64,000 bases of DNA, taken from IMG/VR virus record IMGVR_UViG_3300005279_000195. One strand, 5' to 3'. Under the pieces are notes generated by a model, which ran no database searches, was not told the origin of the DNA, and worked only from the letters and a program-made list of their open reading frames with translations. This document shows positions 18,646 through 26,193 of this stretch, piece after piece. Numbering within the stretch: the stretch's first letter is position 1; each line of letters starts with the position of its first letter. This stretch comes from a virus. Made by a program: the position numbers and the translations under genes.

Positions 18646-18897
18646 TTATATCTCCTTCGAACGCGAGTCGAACGCACTCTTGTTAGTTATATCGAGTTGA
18701 GCAAGTTTGAGTTTGGACGGAGCCTCGTTGAAGAGGTCAAAGACCTTATCGGCCGAGATGTCCATATCGCAAGTCCAAACAGCGAAGTGGCCTGTTGAGA
18801 CCTTCTCATTGCGGGCATACGCACGCATAGCGGAAGGAAGGTCAGGGGTACAGGCGTAGATATCTTCCTGTCGGGTGTCGGTTACTAAGTACCACAT
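18646..18897 (-). CDS. small hypothetical protein (83 aa)
   Basis: AAGGAGG RBS. Confidence 0.7.
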   Translation of the reverse strand: MWYLVTDTRQEDIYACTPDLPSAMRAYARNEKVSTGHFAVWTCDMDISADKVFDLFNEAPSKLKLAQLDITNKSAFDSRSKEI

Positions 18898-19022
18898 CTG
18901 GAAAGCCTCCTTAATATTTTTCTTTTTTTATTTCCCAAATCCCGAGCTGATTTGGGTGAAACGAGTGATAAGTTGGGGGAAACAAAGAAAAGAAAGGGGC
19001 ACCTCTCCGCGCCTCTTTCCCG

Positions 19023-19946
19023 TCATATCTGCCCGCCCGGCCAACTGCTGCGAGAACCACCGCTCGTGCGTCTGTCTCTCGGGATTTTGGCGCGCATCAT
19101 CTCTTCCGGGTCAGGCTCACGCGGCTTGTACCGCTCGCCTAAGAAGTTCTCGTACTTGTACTCGGGGTACTGTATGAGGTACGTCCCGTCGCGTTGCACG
19201 TCAACGTCGAACTTGAGCCCGAACAGACGTGCCGCGAGAAGCAGGTTGTGCACATCCTCCTCCGACTCGACCGAGAACGTCATCATCGCCTCGTCGATGG
19301 TGAGGCCGTACACCTTCGCGACCATCTCGAACAGCGCAAACTCCGGCCGAACAAACTGTTTGACGGGGCACATCGCCGCGGTGGCGAGCACCTCGGGGTA
19401 CACTTCGCGGAACGTATCCGAGAGTTCATCTTTGGCCTCTCCGGGCGGCAGAGGCGCCCCTGCCATCTCCCTTATCGGCGGCAGCGCTGTCAAGAGCACC
19501 GCCTGAAGCGAGACACCCTCGAACGCTGCGATATCATGTATCATCGCGTATGGGCGTGCCGGAGTGTCGGATGGCAGAGGCACGGGAAAACCGCGCTTAT
19601 CCGTTCGCGGATGCCTGACGAGGTCGCGTATCTCGCGGTTCTTGAGCCTTACCGCTATGCCGTCTTTGACCGGTTCGATGAGCGGCGGTAAGTCCGCGTC
19701 GATACGGCGTCTCAGTTTCGGTGTGCCACCCACTATGTAGTACCACGACCGCGGCGAAAGAAGTGGCGGAACGGACGTGAACCAAGACACATCCGCGTTG
19801 AACCGCTCCGATATGGGGTCTATCTTCTCCGAGCCCCAGCACATTGCCTGAAAGACCAACGCGGCGTACCCGGTGGGTATATAGTCCGAGTAGTCCGGGA
19901 TGCGCCCGGCTGCCGTTGCGAAGAAATCTGCGAAGTACCGGTGCAT
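19023..19946 (-). CDS. hypothetical protein (307 aa)
   Basis: ATG overlaps the upstream TGA (TGATG); AAGGAGG RBS. Confidence 0.75.
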   Translation of the reverse strand: MHRYFADFFATAAGRIPDYSDYIPTGYAALVFQAMCWGSEKIDPISERFNADVSWFTSVPPLLSPRSWYYIVGGTPKLRRRIDADLPPLIEPVKDGIAVRLKNREIRDLVRHPRTDKRGFPVPLPSDTPARPYAMIHDIAAFEGVSLQAVLLTALPPIREMAGAPLPPGEAKDELSDTFREVYPEVLATAAMCPVKQFVRPEFALFEMVAKVYGLTIDEAMMTFSVESEEDVHNLLLAARLFGLKFDVDVQRDGTYLIQYPEYKYENFLGERYKPREPDPEEMMRAKIPRDRRTSGGSRSSWPGGQI

Positions 19947-20332
19947 CACGAACCTCCTTCGTCGAGTGGATAAGCATACTCGAACTCGGGCAGAGGCGCT
20001 TGTGCTTCGTAACACTGTGCCAACTCGGCGCACCATGAGAGCACAACGATTTGTGGCGCGTAGTTGCGTTCGGTAACTGTTGCGACGACACCGCCCGCGC
20101 AGAGCCGAAGCAGTAAGTCGGTATGGTTGTTGCGGGCCAACGCGAGGTTCAGGCCTGGCACGCGCTCATCTACCCACTCAGGGTCGCCGAGTAGATACAG
20201 CTCGCGCAGAACCATGTGCGCCAGGTCGGCGTTGACATCCTGCGCGGGTCTGTCATAGACCGCCGCGAGGAAGTCGCGACCGGAGCGAAGCATATCCGCG
20301 CAGGAGTCCAAGAACGGGAAATCTGAGAGCAT
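19946..20332 (-). CDS. hypothetical protein (128 aa)
   Basis: Translationally coupled ORF. Confidence 0.75.
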   Translation of the reverse strand: MLSDFPFLDSCADMLRSGRDFLAAVYDRPAQDVNADLAHMVLRELYLLGDPEWVDERVPGLNLALARNNHTDLLLRLCAGGVVATVTERNYAPQIVVLSWCAELAQCYEAQAPLPEFEYAYPLDEGGS

Positions 20333-20889
20333 CAGAAAATCCTCCTTTCGGTAGTGTATGTAAACGGCGCCAGCTTAGCCCAGAGCGCAGTGTACTCGGG
20401 ATAGTTCTCGTACCCGAGGCCCGCAGCGAGATATTTGAGCTCGTCCGGTGCGCGTTCGCTTTCAAGAACATGGGATATATCCGCGGCAGACAGATGTCCC
20501 TCATCTACCAACGCCCAGAGTTTCTCCGGGTCGGTACAGAGCAGCTTGTCCACGCGCAGCGAGTCCTCGTCGTAGGGTGTGTAGTCGGGCACGCGCGCGG
20601 AGAGTCCGCACTCGGCAAGCCACGAGCGCAGCGCAAGGTTGGCTCCGCCCTTCCTGCCGCGCCCGGCCTGCACCGCCGCGCCCGCGAGACAGGCGCCTCC
20701 GCACGCAAGTGTGCCTGCGGAAAAGTAACGCGTTGTCATATCGCGCCACCACGGTACAGGGACGGCGCTCTTGCCGTCGGTCGCGGTGACGGGGTGGTTA
20801 GTTACGACGTGGGAGACGAACTTGCGGGCCGAAACGGGCCCCAAACACTCCATCAGCGTCATACAGACATTAACATCAACCTCGTTCAT
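20332..20889 (-). CDS. hypothetical protein (185 aa)
   Basis: Translationally coupled ORF. Confidence 0.7.
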   Translation of the reverse strand: MNEVDVNVCMTLMECLGPVSARKFVSHVVTNHPVTATDGKSAVPVPWWRDMTTRYFSAGTLACGGACLAGAAVQAGRGRKGGANLALRSWLAECGLSARVPDYTPYDEDSLRVDKLLCTDPEKLWALVDEGHLSAADISHVLESERAPDELKYLAAGLGYENYPEYTALWAKLAPFTYTTERRIF

Positions 20890-20890
20890 A

Positions 20891-21430
20891 TCAGATGGGC
20901 CTCCTTGTGTTCTGGGCTTTAAGATGCGCTGCGATAGTCTCTATGACGCGCACCTTATCCTGCGGCGTTTCGGGCTCGTCCAAGCCGAAGTAGTGCGCAG
21001 CCTCGACCCACGTCGGCGGTTTGAACCCCACGCCGCCCTGCGGATACGGGATACGGATGATATCGGCGAGGTCGCGTTGGATGTCGTGATACTTCGGATA
21101 GATGCCGTATTGGGCAAAGACCGACTGAACGAACTCGCCGCCCCAGACCATGAGAACCAAGTCGGGGTCTTCGAGGATAGTCTTGTACGCCGCGGCGCAC
21201 GCCTCGAAAGTCTTGGGAATGTTAATGTCCGCGTCTGTGAGTGAGTGGAACTGCGACACGATAGGCTTTCCGCCCGCACGGGGGAACACGGCCAGCTTCA
21301 CGCGACCTCTATTCTCGCCGTAACGGGGCTCGGTGCAGAGCCCGACCAACTCGGTCGGATTGCCATAAGTGGCGAGGCGGGGCAAAGGCCCGCAGGTCTC
21401 CACGACCGCGATACAAAGTTTTTGTGCCAT
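20891..21430 (-). CDS. degenerate DEDDh (DnaQ-like) exonuclease-fold protein (179 aa)
   Basis: CIAVVETCG, LVLMVWGGEFVQSVF, PTWVEAAHYFGL..PQDKVRVI align with the ExoI/II/III layout but most acidic residues are replaced; AAGGAGG RBS. Confidence 0.5.
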   Translation of the reverse strand: MAQKLCIAVVETCGPLPRLATYGNPTELVGLCTEPRYGENRGRVKLAVFPRAGGKPIVSQFHSLTDADINIPKTFEACAAAYKTILEDPDLVLMVWGGEFVQSVFAQYGIYPKYHDIQRDLADIIRIPYPQGGVGFKPPTWVEAAHYFGLDEPETPQDKVRVIETIAAHLKAQNTRRPI

Positions 21431-21710
21431 AGGAACTCCTCCTTTTCTTGCTGTTTCCAAATCCGGTAATGATAGACCAACGCTTGTCGGGGACGAAAAC
21501 AAGAAAAAGAGGCCGCCACTCTCGGCAGCCCCTCTCCCGGTCTTCTGCGCCCCAACAGAAAACTCCCCGACAGTATCAGGGAGTCTTCTTGCGTCGTGAT
21601 ATAATGAATTGTATTTCGGGGCCATACCTTCCGCCCCGACCATACCCATAGTATATACCATTTTTTCCGCAAGTGTGTGCGTTTTTGGCCCCTAAATAGC
21701 ACTTTTACTC

Positions 21711-21738
21711 TTGAAATCTGATTATCATAAGTTATAAT
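21711..21738 (+). promoter_or_regulatory. sigmaA promoter of the SNF2 operon
   Basis: TTGAAA-16-TATAAT. Confidence 0.65.
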
Positions 21739-21799
21739 GTAGATAAGGAAAGGCACATACAATTTAAGATAAGTTAACCGAGAGAAAGACAACACAACT

Positions 21800-23194
21800 A
21801 TGGAGTATCGACCGCATACATATCAGGCAAAAGCCACCGAGTTCATCAAGCGCATACCCACCTGTGCCCTGTTGCTCGACTGCGGTCTCGGTAAGACCGT
21901 GATAACCCTCACCGCGATAGAAGAGCTGGGTCTTCACAACGTGCTGGTTGTGGCGCCGAAACTGGTCTGCGGCACATGGGAGCGCGAGGTTAACAAGTGG
22001 GACCATCTGGAAGGCCTGACCGTCGCGACAGCGGAGGGCACGGCCGCCAAGCGCACCGCGAAGATATTAGAGCCTGCCGACATCCACATCATATCCCGCG
22101 ACAACATCGCGTGGCTGAAGAAGTCGGGACTCGTAGACCTGAACTCGTACGACATGATAGTGATGGACGAGTCATCGTCATTCAAGAACTGGTCTGCCGC
22201 AAGGACCAAGGCGCTGATGGACTTGCCCTCACCGCGGAAAGTCATCCTCACGGGAACGCCGATGCCGAAGAACATCCAGGACCTGTTCGCGCAGTACAAG
22301 ATACTCGACGGCGGGCTCCGGCTGGAGAGCACCATCACAGCGTTCCGCGGCAAGTATATGCGACTGGTTGACCCCGCGAGATACATCTATAAGCCCTTAC
22401 GCGGCGCAGACGTAACCGTGTTCTCCCGTATCCGGGACATCACGATGTCTATGAGAAGCTCAGAGTTGCTCGACCTGCCGCCGATAACCACTGTTCACAA
22501 CGAGGCAGAGCTGAACGAGAGTGAGCGCGCCGTGTATGACACTATGAAGCGCGACTTCTGTTTGGAGTTGGCGGGGCAGGATATCACGGCGGTCAACGCG
22601 GGGGTCTTAACCGGGAAGCTGTCGCAGATAGCCAACGGGTTCGTGTATGACGAGTTCGGGAACGCCCGTGAGCTCCATCACCGGAAAGAGGAAGTTATAG
22701 AGCCCGTGCTGGAAGCGTCCGCGGGTCAGGGCGAGGATGTCATCGTCGGATACACGTTCAAAGAGGACAGGGTCCGCTTGGAGGCGTTGTGTCATAAGTT
22801 AGGCCTTCCTTGCTTCGACTTGAAGTCCCGAGAGGCCATCGACGCGTTCCTCTCGCCCAACACGGGCAACGTCGGAAGAGTCGCGTTGATACACCCGAAG
22901 TCGGCCGGGTTCGGACTTAACCTGCAGGAGAACTGCCACCGTCTCATCTGGTACTCACTGCCCTGGTCGTACGAGGAGTTCGTCCAGACCACCGCAAGAG
23001 TTTACCGACAGGGCCAGCAGCGACACACATACATACACATTATCGAGACGAAGAACTCGATAGACCAGACCATCCGCGCGGCTATCAACAGCAAAGGCCG
23101 CTGCAACGATACATTGAAAGACCAAACGAAATATATGATTGAGGAGGTACAATCTTATGTCCAGCAACCAAGACAGACGCACGGGCAGATTTAA
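21800..23194 (+). CDS. phage-type SNF2-family helicase
   Basis: LLDCGLGKT, MDESSSFKN, LTGTP, HPKSAGFGLNLQ, QTTARVYRQGQ. Confidence 0.92.
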   Translation: MEYRPHTYQAKATEFIKRIPTCALLLDCGLGKTVITLTAIEELGLHNVLVVAPKLVCGTWEREVNKWDHLEGLTVATAEGTAAKRTAKILEPADIHIISRDNIAWLKKSGLVDLNSYDMIVMDESSSFKNWSAARTKALMDLPSPRKVILTGTPMPKNIQDLFAQYKILDGGLRLESTITAFRGKYMRLVDPARYIYKPLRGADVTVFSRIRDITMSMRSSELLDLPPITTVHNEAELNESERAVYDTMKRDFCLELAGQDITAVNAGVLTGKLSQIANGFVYDEFGNARELHHRKEEVIEPVLEASAGQGEDVIVGYTFKEDRVRLEALCHKLGLPCFDLKSREAIDAFLSPNTGNVGRVALIHPKSAGFGLNLQENCHRLIWYSLPWSYEEFVQTTARVYRQGQQRHTYIHIIETKNSIDQTIRAAINSKGRCNDTLKDQTKYMIEEVQSYVQQPRQTHGQI

Positions 23195-23504
23195 GGATAC
23201 AGAGCGCGAGACCGTCAAACTTTTAGACACCGTTATCCGCTACCCGGACGTTGGGTCAATGACCGAAGACGCGCGCCGCATCCGAGTCGGCCTGAACAAC
23301 TATATGGCTCTGGCCGGGGTCAGACCCACTCAGAAAGAAGTGGTGAATCTCGTGGTCGGAAAGGGCTGGCAACCTTGGCCCGAAGACGCACACACCAGCA
23401 TCTCCCGCCACGACTATCGCCGTTCTTACAAGAGGGCATTATACCGACTCGCCGACTACTTGGAGGAAGTCGAGTTCCTGTACGAAGGGATGGTGGTAGC
23501 ATGA
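23157..23504 (+). CDS. possible ArpU/RinA-like transcriptional regulator (115 aa)
   Basis: C-terminal ISRHDYRRSYKRALYRLADY resembles the ArpU/sigma-4-like helix; follows SNF2 as in Firmicutes phages. Confidence 0.45.
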   Translation: MSSNQDRRTGRFKDTERETVKLLDTVIRYPDVGSMTEDARRIRVGLNNYMALAGVRPTQKEVVNLVVGKGWQPWPEDAHTSISRHDYRRSYKRALYRLADYLEEVEFLYEGMVVA

Positions 23505-24247
23505 GCCATAAGACTGCCGTCAACCCTTGGTTCAACCCGAGGAACAGAGAACATATCCGGCTGTGGATATCTACTCTGAATAAGCATACCGCGCTGCCGT
23601 TGGACGCGAGATACAACATCTGGCTTAACAGTGTGGCGATGGACGACAAGGGCCGCCTTATGCCGGGCCTGACCGACGCGCCTGAGTTCCTTGTAAAAGA
23701 CGAAGATTTGACGAAGTGGGTCAAAGACGTTGACCTGTACGCGCCAAGGCCGGAGTTGAAGCGCTACTACTCGAAAGCGGACTTGGCTGAGTACGACTTC
23801 TCTGTATCATACTACTTTCTGCACCGAGCCGAGGTGCACAGCAGGGTACGCCGAATGCGCAGCATCGACCAGATGGACCCAACGGACAGACCTACACGCG
23901 AGAAGAACCCCGGCGAGGGCCACGTGGACTTCATACCCGAGATGACAACGCGCCGTATGGTGACTGATGCCGTCTTCCTGCGAAACCTTCGGTATCTGCA
24001 GCACAAGATAACGGCATACGAGAGCATCATCATCGGCACGGCGATACGGGAGCTCGGCCTCGACGCCGAGGCTGTAATCGACTGGTTCCTGTGCCGCGAG
24101 AGCCGATGGTCTGACAAGATAGCGTCCGAGGCTGACAAAGACAGGGTCACACAGGCATTGGAGGAGTTGGAGTATGCGTACTGCGAGAGCCACGGCGTAG
24201 CGTGGGAGTCATCCATACTCCCGTGGATGCGACTGCCCGCGGAGTAG
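23501..24247 (+). CDS. hypothetical protein (248 aa)
   Basis: ATG overlaps the upstream stop. Confidence 0.75.
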   Translation: MSHKTAVNPWFNPRNREHIRLWISTLNKHTALPLDARYNIWLNSVAMDDKGRLMPGLTDAPEFLVKDEDLTKWVKDVDLYAPRPELKRYYSKADLAEYDFSVSYYFLHRAEVHSRVRRMRSIDQMDPTDRPTREKNPGEGHVDFIPEMTTRRMVTDAVFLRNLRYLQHKITAYESIIIGTAIRELGLDAEAVIDWFLCRESRWSDKIASEADKDRVTQALEELEYAYCESHGVAWESSILPWMRLPAE

Positions 24248-24301
24248 TCCCTACTACAACATATAGTGGTTTCTTATATTTATTTTCGGAGGATAAACAC
24301 A

Positions 24302-24691
24302 ATGACGAGACTTGAAGATTTGACAGAGGGCAACTGGAAGTATCTTATAGGCGAAACGGACACCATCGTGATGTCGCACGTAGACTATGGCGACGGCGAC
24401 CCTATGCACACAATCTACTGGCAGTGCCCCGCGTTCCCCGAGCTCGGCGGCGAGATGCCGGTTGACATAAACTCGGACTGGGGCAAGGAGTTATGCGCGA
24501 CCGAGAGCGCCAACCTCGACGCGAAACTGGGCGCGGTGCTGAAACAGACCGGCTTTGACGGCTGGAAGACTATCCGCGACCAGATAACCGAAGCGGCTGC
24601 GACGAGCAGAGGGTTTTCCGACATGATAGCGTTCCGAGCAACGCACGTCCCGGCGCAGCAGGCCGAGGAGGAACAAACGCGAAGGGCTTGA
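24302..24691 (+). CDS. hypothetical protein (129 aa)
   Basis: GGAGG RBS before the ATG at 24302; its TGA overlaps the TTGACA of the next promoter. Confidence 0.75.
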   Translation: MTRLEDLTEGNWKYLIGETDTIVMSHVDYGDGDPMHTIYWQCPAFPELGGEMPVDINSDWGKELCATESANLDAKLGAVLKQTGFDGWKTIRDQITEAAATSRGFSDMIAFRATHVPAQQAEEEQTRRA

Positions 24692-24721
24692 CATAAGTGA
24701 TAATGTGCGGTACTATAGCCG

Positions 24722-24801
24722 TGTCAGTCACCCGGATTCTCTGGCACAGAGATATACAGGAAAAACCCACCCCAACCACTACGACTTACGGGTGGGTTTT
24801 T
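24722..24801 (+). ncRNA. candidate sRNA unit 1
   Basis: TTGACA(24688)-17-TACTAT; 5' hairpin GTGTCAG/CTGGCAC; 12-bp terminator stem AAAAACCCACCC/GGGTGGGTTTTT. Confidence 0.65.
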
Positions 24802-24873
24802 CGTCGCTGATATTCTTTGCATAAATAGCAAGATAAATGTTGCACTTTGTAGCCGGTATGCTATAATAAGTAT

Positions 24874-24945
24874 AGAAAAACATTCGACTATCTATCCCTT
24901 ATTCCAGCGCTTGAGCCCTGCCGATTGGTGGGGCTCAAACGTTTG
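24874..24945 (+). ncRNA. candidate sRNA unit 2
   Basis: TTGCAC(24840)-16-TATAAT with extended TG; hairpin TTGAGCCC/GGGCTCAA and a short U-tract; no ORF. Confidence 0.6.
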
Positions 24946-25012
24946 TAAAAAACTTGCAAGAAATTATCATAAAGTGCTTGCAATCATTTTACAGACGTGT
25001 TATAATAACATT

Positions 25013-25090
25013 ATCAAATAAGACACTTATCCAATCTATCCCTTATCTATAGCCCCGTTGGTTTCCCTCCTTATGACTGACGGGGCAAAT
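25013..25090 (+). ncRNA. candidate sRNA unit 3
   Basis: TTGCAA(24978)-17-TATAAT with extended TG; hairpin GCCCCGTTGGT/ACTGACGGGGC with loop TTCCCTCCTTATG; weak U-tract. Confidence 0.6.
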
Positions 25091-25131
25091 CCTTGCTTGA
25101 CAGAATAAGTGGTGTGCCTTATACTACAAGC

Positions 25132-25224
25132 GTTCATTCTTTCGGTTCCTGGGATGGGCATGACTTTACCTTCTATATTTTTGGGATTACCCCGACTGCC
25201 CTTACCGGTTGTCGGGGTTTTCTT
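25132..25224 (+). ncRNA. candidate sRNA unit 4
   Basis: TTGACA(25097)-17-TATACT; terminator ACCCCGAC/GTCGGGGT followed by TTTCTT. Confidence 0.65.
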
Positions 25225-25286
25225 ATCCATATTTTTTGTTTCCGCACCTTCGCCGCTCCGCCCCCGCCATCTGCTATAATAGTCTT

Positions 25287-25373
25287 GCCGAAAGGCTGGG
25301 TATATTGGAAATCATAGATTTCCCGAAGTGGCCCGATGACGGCGCTGACGAACACGCCGTTGTCGGGTTTTCT
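25287..25373 (+). ncRNA. candidate sRNA unit 5
   Basis: Extended -10 TGCTATAAT (25272), poor -35; hairpins GCC-GAAA-GGC and GGAAATC/GATTTCC; 13-bp terminator followed by TTTTCT. Confidence 0.55.
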
Positions 25374-25455
25374 CACACACCCACCCGCTTTTTCTTGTTT
25401 CCTGCCGTGTCTCTCCCGACTTGACTTATATGCTAATATCTTGTATCATATACAT

Positions 25456-25643
25456 ACCCTAATAAGAGTTGTACGGAACTAAGCTAAACTTAACCGAACG
25501 CTACTCAAACGAGTTTGAAGCAGACATTTCTCGACTACACCAAAAGATTGCTAAACCAAGGGCCCGACACAGGGCTCTTTTGGTTTCTCAAGGAGAGGAA
25601 AACAGAAAAAGAGAGGGCGACCGTTATGGCCGCCTCTTTTTTG
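25456..25643 (+). ncRNA. candidate sRNA unit 6
   Basis: TTGACT(25421)-17-TATCAT; hairpin at 25553-25586, then a bidirectional terminator at ~25606-25643; no credible RBS/ORF. Confidence 0.5.
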
Positions 25644-25660
25644 TGCATTATGTGCAAAGT

Positions 25661-26188
25661 TTACACCTCAGGTTGTGCACTTTGCTCACCGACCTCTTGT
25701 TGCCTCGGCCCGCGCCTTTTCTTGCCCGTTAAACCGAGTTTCCTGCCCCAAGACCCCACGGTACTCTCCGCCAAGCCATACTTGCCCGCGAGCTCTTTAG
25801 CCGTCATGCGTGTGTAGTCGCGTTTGAAACCCTCGATATCGCGCAGCGCTGTGTTGTGCGTTGTGGTCTTGCCGTAGGTTAGCTTGTATTTTTCGAGCCA
25901 CTTGGTTACGGTTACGCGTTTCACGCCGTATCTGTCCGCTATCTCCTGCGCCGTGCAGGATACGTACAGCGCCTCCAGCGTCTCTCTGTCGGGGCAAGCG
26001 GACTGCCTGCCCGCGGGTTTGATGCCGTAGAGGCGCATCCATCGTGCCAGTGTGCAGGTGGACACCCCGTATATTTCTGCGACGTCGGTCATCCGCAGAC
26101 GCTCGCCGTCGATTAAGTGTCGCAGCGATTTCTCGTCGGGGACTTCTATCCGCGCTCTGTGCCCGCGCCTATCGGTTTTGTTACTCAC
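25661..26188 (-). CDS. protein with three tandem HTH motifs (175 aa)
   Basis: MTDVAEIYGVSTCTLARWM, TAQEIADRYGVKRVTVTKWL, TAKELAGKYGLAESTVGSWG; GGAGG RBS. Confidence 0.8.
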   Translation of the reverse strand: MSNKTDRRGHRARIEVPDEKSLRHLIDGERLRMTDVAEIYGVSTCTLARWMRLYGIKPAGRQSACPDRETLEALYVSCTAQEIADRYGVKRVTVTKWLEKYKLTYGKTTTHNTALRDIEGFKRDYTRMTAKELAGKYGLAESTVGSWGRKLGLTGKKRRGPRQQEVGEQSAQPEV

Positions 26189-26193
26189 ACATA

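Noticed and set aside
24722-25643. tRNA or tmRNA genes in the non-coding array
   Set aside because: No cloverleaf, no TTCGA T-loop in the right context and no CCA end in any unit.
25469-25732. ORF-track 87-aa ORF over sRNA unit 6 (and the minus-strand ORFs 25036..25230 and 25173..25376)
   Set aside because: No usable RBS; they run through terminators or promoters and into the convergent HTH gene.
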